The notes under the pieces are model-generated. The model saw nothing but the letters and a program-made list of their open reading frames with translations. It ran no database searches and had not been told where the DNA came from. A stretch of DNA of 64,000 bases, from assembly GCA_020446505.1 (NCBI GenBank), contig JAGREN010000050.1, positions 8,423 through 72,422 on the forward strand, written 5' to 3'. The translations under genes and the position numbers were made by a program. Of this stretch, positions 20,532 to 30,337 are shown piece after piece; position 1 is the stretch's first letter, and each line of letters opens with the position of its first letter. This DNA comes from Novosphingobium sp. Its GTDB lineage: Bacteria; Pseudomonadota; Alphaproteobacteria; Sphingomonadales; Sphingomonadaceae.

Positions 20532-21743
20532 TCAGGCGGCGCGCTCGAAGATCGCGGCGATGCCCTGCCCGCCGCCGATGCACATCGTCTCAAGTGCATA
20601 GCGGCCCTGCATGCGCTCCAGCTCGTAGAGCATGGTCGCGAGGATGCGTCCGCCGGTTGCGCCGATGGGGTGGCCGAGCGAAATGCCCGAGCCGTTGGGG
20701 TTGAGAATTTCGTGGCGCGAATCGTCCTCGCTCCAGCCCCAGCCCTTGAGCACGCCGAGAACCTGCGGCGCGAAGGCTTCATTGAGCTCGACCAGATCGA
20801 TGTCGTTCCAGCCCATGCCGGTGCGGGCGAACAGGCGTTCGACCGCAGGGACCGGGCCGATGCCCATGCGCGATGGCTCGCAGCCAGCCGCCGCCCACGA
20901 ATGGAACCATGCCATCGGCGTGAGGCCGAGTTCCTCCAGCTTGTCTTCTGCGACGACAAGGCAGGCCGAAGCCGCATCGCTCTGCTGGCTGGCATTGCCG
21001 GCGGTTACGACGCCACCCTCTTCCATGGCCTTCAGCTTGCCGAGCGATTCGGGCGTCGAATCGCCGCGCACGCCTTCGTCTTCGGCAAACACGATCGGAT
21101 CGCCCTTGCGCTGCGGAATCGTGATGGGGACCATTTCCTTGTCGAACTTGCCGTCCGCCCAGGCCTTGGCGGCGCGCTGCTGGCTGCGCGCGGCGAACAC
21201 GTCGCATTCCTCGCGCGTGATGCCGTAGTCGCGCGCGACATTGTCAGCCGTTTCGATCATGCCGGTGATGACGCCGAACCGCTCGACCGGCTGAGACATG
21301 ACGCGGCCACGCGCGAGCCGGTCGAACAGCTCGATACCGCCCGCCTTCACGCCGGTGCGGCCCTTGATCGTGTAGTGCTCGACCTGACTCATCGATTCGC
21401 AGCCGCCCGCGATGACGACATCGGCTGCGCCGGTCTGGATCATCATGGCCGCATCGACCACGGCCTGAACGCCGGAGCCGCAGCGACGGTCAAGCTGATA
21501 GCCCGGCACGCTGACCGGAAGGCCGGCCGCGAGTGCCGACCAGCGGCCAATCGCCGGAGCCTCGCCGTTGCCGTAGCCTTGCGAGAACACCACGTCGTCG
21601 ATCCGCTCCGGGTCAACGCCACTGCGCTCCATCAGCGCGCGGATGATGATCGCGCCCAACTCGCCTGCGGGAATGCCCGACAGCTTGCCGAGGAACTTGC
21701 CCACGCCGGTACGGACGGGGCTGACGATGGCGGCTCTACGCAT
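20532..21743 (-). CDS. Acetyl-CoA C-acyltransferase (thiolase)
   Basis: RRCGSG nucleophile Cys, NEAF, GHPIGATG, MCIGGGQG. Confidence 0.95.
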   Translation of the reverse strand: MRRAAIVSPVRTGVGKFLGKLSGIPAGELGAIIIRALMERSGVDPERIDDVVFSQGYGNGEAPAIGRWSALAAGLPVSVPGYQLDRRCGSGVQAVVDAAMMIQTGAADVVIAGGCESMSQVEHYTIKGRTGVKAGGIELFDRLARGRVMSQPVERFGVITGMIETADNVARDYGITREECDVFAARSQQRAAKAWADGKFDKEMVPITIPQRKGDPIVFAEDEGVRGDSTPESLGKLKAMEEGGVVTAGNASQQSDAASACLVVAEDKLEELGLTPMAWFHSWAAAGCEPSRMGIGPVPAVERLFARTGMGWNDIDLVELNEAFAPQVLGVLKGWGWSEDDSRHEILNPNGSGISLGHPIGATGGRILATMLYELERMQGRYALETMCIGGGQGIAAIFERAA

Positions 21744-21787
21744 GATGTGTCCTTGAAAATCGTGTTTATGACGGTGGGGCGCGCGTC

Positions 21788-23314
21788 TTATGCGCTCTCG
21801 AAAAGTTTGCGAAGCTCCGGCTGCGAGACCTTGAGCGAAGGCGTGCGCGGGAAATCCTCCATGCAGCGCATCTGGACCGGCACCTGATAGGGCATCAGCC
21901 GTTCCTTGAGGAATGCCTTCAGGTCCTCCTCGCTGGGCGCGCTGGCTCCGGCCTTGAGCAGGTATCCGGCGACCGGCACCTCGCCAAGGCGCTTGTCGGG
22001 CAGGCCGACGACCGAGGCTTCGCGAATCGCGGGATGGGCTTCCATGGCTGTCGCCACGTCGGTCGGCTGGATCTTGAAACCGCCACGGATGATCGCGCCG
22101 TCGTAGCGGCCGCGGATATAGAGGAAGTTGTCCTCGTCCAGTTCGGCAAGGTCGGTGGTGCGGGTCCAGTCCTTCGAGCCGGAATTGCCGCCGCGCAGTT
22201 CGAGCAGGCCCTGCTCGCCCGGTGCCAGCACTTCGCCGCTTTCGGGATCGACGATGCGGGCGTCGACGCCCTTGTTCACCCGGCCCACCGCGCCGCGCTT
22301 GGTTTTCCAGTGGTCCTTGAAGTCCTGCAGGGTCCAGCCAGCGACGCCGCCTGCGAACTCAGTCGCGCCGTAGGCCTGGAGGACGGGCACGCCGTAGCGA
22401 TCGTAGAACGCATCGGCGAGATCGGGATCGAGCGGTGCGGTGCCGGTGCGATAGGCCAAAAGGCTGGAGTAAGTATCGTCGGGCAGGTCCGCGTCGAGCA
22501 GCATGCGCAGCGCGGCGGGCGGCGCACCCGCGACCTTGGGCCGGTGGCGCACCAGCGCCCCGGCAAATCCGTCGACGGTGAACTTCTCGATCACGCAGAT
22601 CTTCCGGCCGCCGAGGAAATTGTTCATCACATGGGTGATGCCCGAGATATGGGCGAGCGGGTTGGTGATGATCTGCACGCCGCTGCGCAACTTGGGCTTC
22701 TGTGCCGGATCGCGGCCCTTCTCGAAAGCGGCAGCGCCTTGCAGCGCCTTGGCGAACCGGTCGCGCGGCAGCGGGATGCGCTTGGGCGTGCCGGTGGTGC
22801 CGCTCGACAGCATCTCGATGGCAACGCCGGGCGCGTCGGGATTTTCCCATTTGGCCTTGTCGCCGGGCAGGCCATCGATCAGGCGCGGCTTCTCGGTCAG
22901 TTCAGCGGGGAGCACGACGCCGAGCGCGCCGATTTTCGCAGCCGCTTCCTTGAGGCCCGCACGCTGCCACTCTTCATCGAGAGCGACGACAACCGGCACC
23001 TTCGACTTGAGCAGATCTTCCACCAGCTTGTCGTCAGGCGCGGAAGCATTGATGCTGGCAACGCAGCGGCCCGAGCGGAACATGGCGATCAACGCAGGCA
23101 CCATCGGCGCGGAATTGCGCAGCATCATGCCGACGCGCATGTCGGGGCCGATGCCGTTGGCTTCGAGGATCGCGACGAGGGCTTCGCTCGCATCCATGAT
23201 CTCGCGCCAGGTGTACCAAGTCTCGCCGACTTCGAGTTCGGGCGCATCGGGATCGATGCTGGCGTAAAGGTCGATCTGTTCGCTGAGCCACGAACGTTCG
23301 GTCGTTTCGGACAT
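21788..23314 (-). CDS. Acyl-CoA synthetase (class I adenylate-forming)
   Basis: SSGTTGTPK, YGATE, RTTD, GR.D, PRTPSLK. Confidence 0.92.
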   Translation of the reverse strand: MSETTERSWLSEQIDLYASIDPDAPELEVGETWYTWREIMDASEALVAILEANGIGPDMRVGMMLRNSAPMVPALIAMFRSGRCVASINASAPDDKLVEDLLKSKVPVVVALDEEWQRAGLKEAAAKIGALGVVLPAELTEKPRLIDGLPGDKAKWENPDAPGVAIEMLSSGTTGTPKRIPLPRDRFAKALQGAAAFEKGRDPAQKPKLRSGVQIITNPLAHISGITHVMNNFLGGRKICVIEKFTVDGFAGALVRHRPKVAGAPPAALRMLLDADLPDDTYSSLLAYRTGTAPLDPDLADAFYDRYGVPVLQAYGATEFAGGVAGWTLQDFKDHWKTKRGAVGRVNKGVDARIVDPESGEVLAPGEQGLLELRGGNSGSKDWTRTTDLAELDEDNFLYIRGRYDGAIIRGGFKIQPTDVATAMEAHPAIREASVVGLPDKRLGEVPVAGYLLKAGASAPSEEDLKAFLKERLMPYQVPVQMRCMEDFPRTPSLKVSQPELRKLFESA

Positions 23315-23383
23315 CCTTGCTGTCGCTTTCCTGCTTGTTATCGGGCGCCAGTCCCTGACGCGGCCATAGTTGCGGACTTTGCG

Positions 23384-24136
23384 CTAGTCCATCGTCTCGC
23401 CGTCAAAAGTACGGCCCTTGAAATCCTGTTCGAACCATTCGTCGACGAGCTCGGAGCAACGGCGACTGGTGAGCTGCGCCAGTTCGGCGTCGCCATCGAT
23501 CACCGCGCGAGCGAGGCGCGCGCGCATCCGGCGATAGGCCTGCACGCGCTCTGGCCGGTCGATCAGCACGTCTTCGCTGCGCGAGGCGAGCGCGGCGAAA
23601 TCGTAGAGGATCGCCATCAGCAGGTTCAGCACCGAATTGTCCGCCAGAGCGCTGATAAGCTGGAGAAACTCGCGCTCGCTCTTGAGGAAGGCGCGATAAC
23701 CGTGCGCCATTTCCAGGGGTGCGGCCTCGTCCTGCGCGGCAAATTCTTCGAGCCGGGCGAGCAGAACCGGATCGCGGTTGCGACTCGCAAGGACCGCGAG
23801 TTCGGCTTTCAACGGGCCGATGCCGTGGGTGATCTCGGTAAAGTCCGCATCATGCGCGCGCAGGTACAGCGCGGCCATGCGCGTGACATTCATCGTGCTG
23901 GGGCGAGCCGAAAAGTAGCCGCCACCGACGCCGCGCCTGACCGTGACGAAATTTTCCTGCGCGACTCGGCTCGCAGCCTGACGAAGTGTTGCCCGGCTGA
24001 CGTCGAGCTTGGCGATCATGTCGTCTTCGGAACCGAGAAACGTGCCTTCCGAGCTGTCCAGTGAGAGCACCCGCAATGCCTCGGCGGCGCGGTCGACAAC
24101 CGAGCGATTCTGTCCGGACACTGCAGGCTCGCTCAT
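23384..24136 (-). CDS. GntR/FadR family transcriptional regulator, copy 1
   Basis: Start MSEPAVS at 24136. Winged HTH SEDDMIAKLDVSRATLRQA...RRGVGGG plus an FCD-like C-terminus. Confidence 0.88.
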   Translation of the reverse strand: MSEPAVSGQNRSVVDRAAEALRVLSLDSSEGTFLGSEDDMIAKLDVSRATLRQAASRVAQENFVTVRRGVGGGYFSARPSTMNVTRMAALYLRAHDADFTEITHGIGPLKAELAVLASRNRDPVLLARLEEFAAQDEAAPLEMAHGYRAFLKSEREFLQLISALADNSVLNLLMAILYDFAALASRSEDVLIDRPERVQAYRRMRARLARAVIDGDAELAQLTSRRCSELVDEWFEQDFKGRTFDGETMD

Positions 24137-24207
24137 AGACCATCCTTTTTCTGCCGCAGGGCGCGTCCGGATACAGCAGGGATCGACTGGATTCGCATGG
24201 GCAAGCC

Positions 24208-24226
24208 TTATTGAGTGTCCTTTATT
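24208..24226. promoter_or_regulatory. Operator-like motif B (reverse strand AATAAAGGACACTCAATAA)
   Basis: 15/19 match to the copy at 35668; lies in the divergent promoter of regulator 1. Confidence 0.5.
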
Positions 24227-24278
24227 ATTGCAAACCCCGAATGATCCTGCAATGACGCAGCGCAACATGGAGGCAGGC

Positions 24279-25130
24279 ATGGGCCTTGGCGGGAAGACTG
24301 TATTCATCAGCGGCGGCAGCCGCGGCATTGGCCATGCCGTGGCCCTGCGCGCAGCTCGCGACGGCGCAAATATCGTCGTCGCCGCCAAGACAGCAGAGCC
24401 ACATCCGCACTTGCCAGGCACGATCTACACCGCCGCTGAGGAGATCGAGTCGGCAGGCGGCAAGGCGCTTCCGATCGTGCTCGATATCCGCGATGTCGAT
24501 GCTGTCGAAGCCGCAATGGCCAAGGCAGCCGACCACTTCGGCGGCATCGACGTGCTGATCAATAATGCTTCTGCCATCAGCAAGACGCCGACAACGGAAA
24601 CCGAGCCCAAGCGCTACGACCTGATGCACGACATCAACGCGCGCGGGACGTTCTTCGTGTCGAAGGCAGCGATCCCCTACCTGCGCAAGTCGGACAATCC
24701 GCACGTCCTGACCATGTCGCCGCCGATCAATCTCGACCCGGCCTGGTTCGCGCCGCACGTCGCCTACACCATGAGCAAATATGCGATGTCGATGACGGTG
24801 CTGGGCATGGCGGAGGAATTCCGCGGCGAAGGCATTGCCTTCAATTCCCTGTGGCCGCGCTACGGCATCGCCACTGCCGCCATCGAGTTCGCTGCCGCAG
24901 ACGCCGACCAGCTCAAGCACTGCCGCACGCCGGAAATCATGGCCGATGCTGCCTACGAGATCCTGACGCGGCCCTCACGCGAGTGTACCGGCAATTTCTT
25001 CATCGACGACACGCTGCTGGCCGAAACCGGCGTGACCGACTTCACGAAGTACCGTGTCGATCCCACGCAATCGCTGCGCATCGGCATGTTCTTCAAGGAC
25101 GACGACCTGCCGCCGCCGGGCAAGCACTGA
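24279..25130 (+). CDS. SDR oxidoreductase, HSDL2/AtuG-like
   Basis: ATG after GGAGG. SGGSRGIG, AAKTAEPHPHLPGTI, NNAS, YTMSK. Confidence 0.9.
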   Translation: MGLGGKTVFISGGSRGIGHAVALRAARDGANIVVAAKTAEPHPHLPGTIYTAAEEIESAGGKALPIVLDIRDVDAVEAAMAKAADHFGGIDVLINNASAISKTPTTETEPKRYDLMHDINARGTFFVSKAAIPYLRKSDNPHVLTMSPPINLDPAWFAPHVAYTMSKYAMSMTVLGMAEEFRGEGIAFNSLWPRYGIATAAIEFAAADADQLKHCRTPEIMADAAYEILTRPSRECTGNFFIDDTLLAETGVTDFTKYRVDPTQSLRIGMFFKDDDLPPPGKH

Positions 25131-25134
25131 TCAT

Positions 25135-26316
25135 TCAGACGACCCCGGCCGTTTTCAGCGCGCCGATTTCCGCTTCGCTGTAGCCCAGTTCGCCCAGGAT
25201 CTCGGCGTTGTGCGCGCCGACCGCCGCCGGCGGGGTGCGGATTTCGGCAGGATGGCCGCCGAGTTCCACTGGCGCGCGGGTAAGCGGCGCTTCCTTGCCG
25301 ATGCTCGGCACGAAGGTCGGCTGGACGATGCCCAGCCCCTCGACCTGTTCGTGGCTGCGAATCTCCTTTGGCGAGAGCACCGGGCCTGCGGGAAGGTGCG
25401 CGGCGGCCAGTTCGCTCAGTGCCTGCTGCGAAGTGCGGGTCGAACACCAGTACTGCATGGTCTTCGACAGGAACTCGCCCTCCTCTGCCCGCGCCTCGTC
25501 GCTGCCGAATCGCGGATCGTCAGCCCATTCCGGCTTGCCCATCAGTTCGGCCCAGCGTGCGAAGATCGGATTGCCGACGATCTGCGTTACGATCCAACCG
25601 TCCTTGGTACGAAACGAATCGGTCGGCCCGTTGAGGAAGCTGCGGTTACCGATCGCCTTGCGCCCGATCCCGGTCATCGCTTCCTCGATCATCGCGGTGG
25701 ACGCAAAAGCCAGCCCGGTGCCGAGCAGGTTGGCGTCCACTTCCTGCCCCTTGCCGGTGCGCGTGCGCTCGAACAGCGCCATCATCACGCCGTAGGCGGC
25801 GAACAATCCGGTCGAGTGATCGACCCAGGTAATCGGTGTGCGGAACGGCACCTCTCCGGTGCCGGTCAGGTACTGCGATCCGCTCATCGCCTGACCGACA
25901 GAATCGAATCCGGGGCGGCTCGCCCACGGGCCTCGCGTACCGAACGAGGAGATGTTGGCGAGCACGATGTCCGGCTTGATTCTGCACAACGATGCATAAT
26001 CTATTCCCATTCGCTTCAAGGCGTTGGCAGGCACGTTGGCGACCACCACGTCGGCGCTGGCGACCAGACGCGAGAGCACCCCGCTCGCCCCTTCGGCGCG
26101 CGGATTGAAGGTCATGCAGCGCTTGTTGCGGGCAAGCTGGAGGAACCCTGCACCGTCCCCGGATTCCGCGACAGGGCCGATAAACCGGTCCTCGCCACCG
26201 CCCGGCTTCTCGATGCGGATCACGTCCGCGCCGAAATCGGCGAGCAGGGTCGCGCAATAAGGGCCGGACACATAGCGTCCGAAATCGAGCACGCGGATAC
26301 CGTCAAGCGCGGCCAT
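25135..26316 (-). CDS. Family III (CaiB/BaiF) CoA-transferase
   Basis: RVLDFGRYVSGP, GADVIRIE, RNKR; catalytic Asp in WVDHSTG. Confidence 0.93.
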   Translation of the reverse strand: MAALDGIRVLDFGRYVSGPYCATLLADFGADVIRIEKPGGGEDRFIGPVAESGDGAGFLQLARNKRCMTFNPRAEGASGVLSRLVASADVVVANVPANALKRMGIDYASLCRIKPDIVLANISSFGTRGPWASRPGFDSVGQAMSGSQYLTGTGEVPFRTPITWVDHSTGLFAAYGVMMALFERTRTGKGQEVDANLLGTGLAFASTAMIEEAMTGIGRKAIGNRSFLNGPTDSFRTKDGWIVTQIVGNPIFARWAELMGKPEWADDPRFGSDEARAEEGEFLSKTMQYWCSTRTSQQALSELAAAHLPAGPVLSPKEIRSHEQVEGLGIVQPTFVPSIGKEAPLTRAPVELGGHPAEIRTPPAAVGAHNAEILGELGYSEAEIGALKTAGVV

Positions 26317-26368
26317 TCACATCACCTGTCCATAGGGTCACTGCAAGGACGGCGGGCCTTGCATATCG

Positions 26369-26383
26369 TTGCGATTCTCGCAA
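26369..26383. promoter_or_regulatory. Palindrome TTGCGA-TTC-TCGCAA (motif D) in the divergent promoter
   Basis: Perfect 6-bp arms; related sites at 53441 and 53458. Confidence 0.4.
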
Positions 26384-26448
26384 TAGCGGCCCCAATTCCC
26401 GCCCCCTAACCCGCAGATCGTATTGCGGGGCCAAACCGGAGAGCCTCT

Positions 26449-27600
26449 TTGGATCAGGAAACCTTCGCCCTCTTGCGCGAGACAGTGCGTCGCTTCGTTG
26501 ACGAGCGTCTCATTCCCAACGAGGACCGCGTCGAGGAAGAAGACGCCGTCCCCGCCGAAATCATCGAGGAGATGAAGGAACTGGGCCTGTTCGGCCTCAC
26601 CGTTCCCGAGGAATACGGCGGGCTTGGCCTGACATCGTCCGAGGAAATCCAGGTCATCTACGAACTGGGCCGCACCAGCTTTGCCTATCGCTCCGTCATC
26701 GGCACGACCGTCGGCATCGGCAGCCAGGGCATCGTCATGGACGGCACCGAGGAGCAGAAGCAGGAATGGCTGCCCAAGCTGGCCGAAGGCATGTTCGCCA
26801 GCTTCGCGCTGACCGAGCCTGACGCAGGCTCCGACGCCGGTTCGATCAAGACCCTCGCCATCCGCGAAGGCGACAACTACCGCGTCAACGGCACCAAGCG
26901 TTACATCACCAACGCGCCGCGCGCGGGCATGTTCACGCTGATGGCGCGCACCCAGCCCGACGTGAAGGGCGGCGCGGGCGTCACTGCCTTCATCCTGCCC
27001 GCCGACACGCCAGGCATCAGCTTCGGCAAGCTCGACAAGAAGATGGGCCAGAAGGGCACGATGACCTGCGACGTCATTTTCGACGACGTCATCATCCCAG
27101 CCTCCAACATCATCGGCGGCGTCCCCGAGCGCGGCTTCAAGACCGCGATGAAGGTGCTCGACCGTGGCCGTATCCACCTCTCCGCCCTGTCGAGCGGCAT
27201 GTGCGACCGTCTGGTCAAGGAAAGCGTGCAGTACGCGGTCGACCGCAAGCAGTTCGGCCAGCCGATCGGCGCCTTCCAGCTCGTGCAGGGCATGATCGCT
27301 GACAGCCGCACCGATGCCTATGCCGCATGGCTGATGACGCAGGACGTCGCCCGCCGCTTCGACGAAGGCGACAAGGTTTCCGCCGATGTCGCCTCGACCA
27401 AGTATTTCGCCAGCGAGGCGCTGGGCCGCGTGGCGGACCGCGCCGTGCAGATCCACGGCGGCGCCGGCTACATGGCCGAATACAAGGTGGAACGCTTCTA
27501 CCGCGACGTGCGCCTGATGCGCATCTACGAAGGCACCAGCCAGATTCAGCAGACCATCATCGCCAAGGCACTGCTGCGCGAAGCCGGCCTCAAGGTCTGA
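26449..27600 (+). CDS. Acyl-CoA dehydrogenase
   Basis: TTG start after GGAGA. FALTEPDAGSD, QIHGGAGY, IYEGTSQIQ catalytic Glu. Confidence 0.95.
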   Translation: MDQETFALLRETVRRFVDERLIPNEDRVEEEDAVPAEIIEEMKELGLFGLTVPEEYGGLGLTSSEEIQVIYELGRTSFAYRSVIGTTVGIGSQGIVMDGTEEQKQEWLPKLAEGMFASFALTEPDAGSDAGSIKTLAIREGDNYRVNGTKRYITNAPRAGMFTLMARTQPDVKGGAGVTAFILPADTPGISFGKLDKKMGQKGTMTCDVIFDDVIIPASNIIGGVPERGFKTAMKVLDRGRIHLSALSSGMCDRLVKESVQYAVDRKQFGQPIGAFQLVQGMIADSRTDAYAAWLMTQDVARRFDEGDKVSADVASTKYFASEALGRVADRAVQIHGGAGYMAEYKVERFYRDVRLMRIYEGTSQIQQTIIAKALLREAGLKV

Positions 27601-27619
27601 CAGGGACAGGATTGATTCA

Positions 27620-29092
27620 ATGAGTGACGTGAAAACGCTTGGCGTCGTCGGCGCCGGACCGATGGGTCAGGGCATCGCCCAGATCGGCCTCCAGTCGGGC
27701 CTCAATGTCGTGCTGTACGACCTCAACCGCGAGGCGCTGGAGAAGTCGGCAGCGACCATGTTCGGCTTCATCCAGAAGCTGGAAGACAAGGGCAAGCTGG
27801 AGCCGGGCGCGACCGAAAGCGCGAAGGCGCGGCTCAAACTCGCCGACGGCGTGGCCGATTTCGCGCCGTGCGAAGCCGTGATCGAAGCGATCATCGAGCG
27901 GCTTGAACCCAAGCAGAGCCTGTTCGCAGAACTGGAAGGTGTCGTCGCTCCCGATGCGATCATCGCCAGCAACACCTCGTCGCTGTCGGTCGCGGAGATC
28001 GCGGCGGGCTGCAAGACCAAGGACCGCATCTGCGGCCTGCACTTCTTCAACCCCGTCCCGCTGATGCGTCTGGTCGAAGTCGTCGTCGCGCCCGGCACCA
28101 GCCAGGAAGTGGCCGACCGCGCCGTCGCGCTGTCGCACAAGATCGGCAAGGATCCCGTCGTCGTGAAGGACGGCCCCGGCTTCCTCGTGAATCTTCAAGG
28201 CCGCGCGCTGCCGCAGGAAGGCCTGCAGATCGTGCAGGACGGCGTGAGCGATCCCGGCACGGTCGACCGGATCATGCGCGACGCCATGAATTTCCGCATG
28301 GGTCCGTTCGAGCTGATGGACCTGACCGGTATCGACGTGAACTTCCCGGCCTCGACCTACATCTACGAAGGCTACCAGCACGATCCGCGTCTCAAGACGA
28401 CGACGCTGCACGCGCTGATGCGCTACTCCGGCAACCTCGGCCGCAAGACCGGGTCGGGCTTCTTCGACTATTCGGGCGATGCGGGCTTCCCGACCTCGCC
28501 CGAGGCATCGGCCAATCCGCCTTCGTTCAGCCCCCGTATCGGCGAGGCCTCCGCCGATCTCGACGCGCTCGGCAAGGACGTGGGCTGGACCGAAGGCAGT
28601 GACGTTACCCTGATCGCGCCCATCGGCGAGGATTGCTCGACCGCTTGCGCAAGGCTCGGCCTCGATCCGAAGACCACCGTCGCGGTGGACTGCACCGCGC
28701 GCACCAACATGCACCTCACCGTCATGGCTGCACCCGGTGGCGGCGAACTGGCCGCACAGGTGGCGGACTGGCTGCGCTCGAAGGGCTTCAAGGTCGAGGC
28801 GATCAAGGATTCACCCGGCTTCGTGTTGCAGCGCATTCTCGGCATGATCGCCAACCTCGGCTGCGAACTGGCGCAGATCGGCGTGGGCACGCCTGCCGAC
28901 ATCGACCTCGCCATGAAGCTGGCGCAGAACTATCCCAAGGGTCCGATGGAAATCGCCGATTGGCTCGGGCTGGAAAAGCTGCACACCATCATGCGCACCA
29001 TGCAGGAAATCACCGGATCGGACCGCTACCGCCCCGCGCTGTGGCTGCGCCGCCGCGCCATGCTGGGCCTGTCGGTTTACACCGCCGACTGA
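27620..29092 (+). CDS. 3-hydroxyacyl-CoA dehydrogenase (PaaH-like, duplicated C-terminal domain)
   Basis: GAGPMG, EAIIE, ASNTSS, GLHFFNP, MGPFELMD. Confidence 0.93.
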   Translation: MSDVKTLGVVGAGPMGQGIAQIGLQSGLNVVLYDLNREALEKSAATMFGFIQKLEDKGKLEPGATESAKARLKLADGVADFAPCEAVIEAIIERLEPKQSLFAELEGVVAPDAIIASNTSSLSVAEIAAGCKTKDRICGLHFFNPVPLMRLVEVVVAPGTSQEVADRAVALSHKIGKDPVVVKDGPGFLVNLQGRALPQEGLQIVQDGVSDPGTVDRIMRDAMNFRMGPFELMDLTGIDVNFPASTYIYEGYQHDPRLKTTTLHALMRYSGNLGRKTGSGFFDYSGDAGFPTSPEASANPPSFSPRIGEASADLDALGKDVGWTEGSDVTLIAPIGEDCSTACARLGLDPKTTVAVDCTARTNMHLTVMAAPGGGELAAQVADWLRSKGFKVEAIKDSPGFVLQRILGMIANLGCELAQIGVGTPADIDLAMKLAQNYPKGPMEIADWLGLEKLHTIMRTMQEITGSDRYRPALWLRRRAMLGLSVYTAD

Positions 29093-29103
29093 GGGACGAC
29101 TGC

Positions 29104-30306
29104 ATGTACAACCTGCTAAGCGGCATGACCGTAGTCGAAGGCGCGGCGTTCATCGCCGGGCCGAGCTGCGGCCTCTACCTTGCGCAAATGGGCGCACAGG
29201 TGATCCGCTTCGATGCCATCGGCGGCGGGCCGGATTCCAAGCGCTGGCCGCTCGGCAAGCAGGGGCAGAGCCTCTACTGGGAAGGGCTGAACAAGGGAAA
29301 GCGCTCGATTGCGCTCAACCTCGGCAAGCCCGAAGGGCGCGAACTCGCGCAGCGCATCGCCACCAGCGGCGACGGCCTGTTCGTCACCAATTTCCCGGTC
29401 AACGGCTTCCTTTCCTACGAGGCTCTCTCGGCCCTGCGCTCGGACCTCATCGCCCTGCGCGTGATGGGCTGGGCGGACGGCAGCCCGGCCGTGGACTACA
29501 CGATCAACGCCAGCGTCGGCGTTCCCTACATGACCGGGCCTGCCGACGATGACCGCCCGGTCAATCACGTTCTTCCCGCATGGGACTTGCTCGCAGGTGG
29601 CTACGGCGCTTTCGCCCTGCTCGCTGCCGAGCGCGAGCGGGCGAAATCCGGCAAGGGCCGCGAAGTGCGTCTCTCGCTCTCCGACCTTGCGGCAGCGACC
29701 ATGGGCAACCTCGGCAATGTCGCCGAAGTGCTTTCAACCGGCGCTGACCGATCACGCAGCGGAAACAACCTGTTTGGAGCCTTCGGGCGCGATTTCGTCA
29801 GTGCCGACGGCGTTCGCGTGATGCTCGTGGCGATCACGCCGAAGCAGTGGAACGGCCTTGTCTCCGCGCTCGGCATCGAAAGCGAGATGACGGCTCTGGA
29901 AAGCGAACTCGGCGTTTCGCTGGCGAAGGACGAAGGTGCGCGCTTCACCCATCGCTCCAGGGTCGATCCGGTGTTCGAAAAGGCCATCGCGACTTTCCCC
30001 TTCGAGAAGCTGGGGCCGATGTTCGACGAGGCGGGCTGCACCTGGTCGGTCTACCGCTCGCTTCACGAAGCACTCTCGACTGAGCCGCGCCTGTTCGGCG
30101 ACAATCCGATCTTCTCGGACGTCACCCATGCCGGCGGCATGACCTACCCCACGCCGGGAGCCTTCGCGCGCATCCCCTCCGACGAGCGCGAACCAGCCGC
30201 ACCCAGCCCCGCGATCGGCCAGCACACCGACGAAGTGCTGGCGGAACTGCTTGGCCTGTCGAGCGGCGAAATCGGCGCATTGCATGACCAGGGCCTCGTG
30301 GCCTGA
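29104..30306 (+). CDS. mct: Mesaconyl-CoA C1-C4 CoA-transferase (2-methylfumaryl-CoA isomerase) homologue
   Basis: [65 protein letters not shown] match the recalled Chloroflexus Mct along the whole length. Confidence 0.85.
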   Translation: MYNLLSGMTVVEGAAFIAGPSCGLYLAQMGAQVIRFDAIGGGPDSKRWPLGKQGQSLYWEGLNKGKRSIALNLGKPEGRELAQRIATSGDGLFVTNFPVNGFLSYEALSALRSDLIALRVMGWADGSPAVDYTINASVGVPYMTGPADDDRPVNHVLPAWDLLAGGYGAFALLAAERERAKSGKGREVRLSLSDLAAATMGNLGNVAEVLSTGADRSRSGNNLFGAFGRDFVSADGVRVMLVAITPKQWNGLVSALGIESEMTALESELGVSLAKDEGARFTHRSRVDPVFEKAIATFPFEKLGPMFDEAGCTWSVYRSLHEALSTEPRLFGDNPIFSDVTHAGGMTYPTPGAFARIPSDEREPAAPSPAIGQHTDEVLAELLGLSSGEIGALHDQGLVA

Positions 30307-30337
30307 CCCTCCTGACCTGACGGAAAGCGACGTTACC

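Noticed and set aside
28633-29103. N-terminal extensions in the ORF track (28633, 4555, 6126, 24009, 41586, 61413, 54290 and others)
   Set aside because: They overlap upstream genes; downstream starts have an RBS or stop/start overlaps and coincide with where family similarity begins.
29104-30306. mct as evidence of 3-hydroxypropionate-bicycle autotrophy
   Set aside because: No malonyl-CoA reductase, propionyl-CoA synthase or carboxylase here; the context is catabolic.
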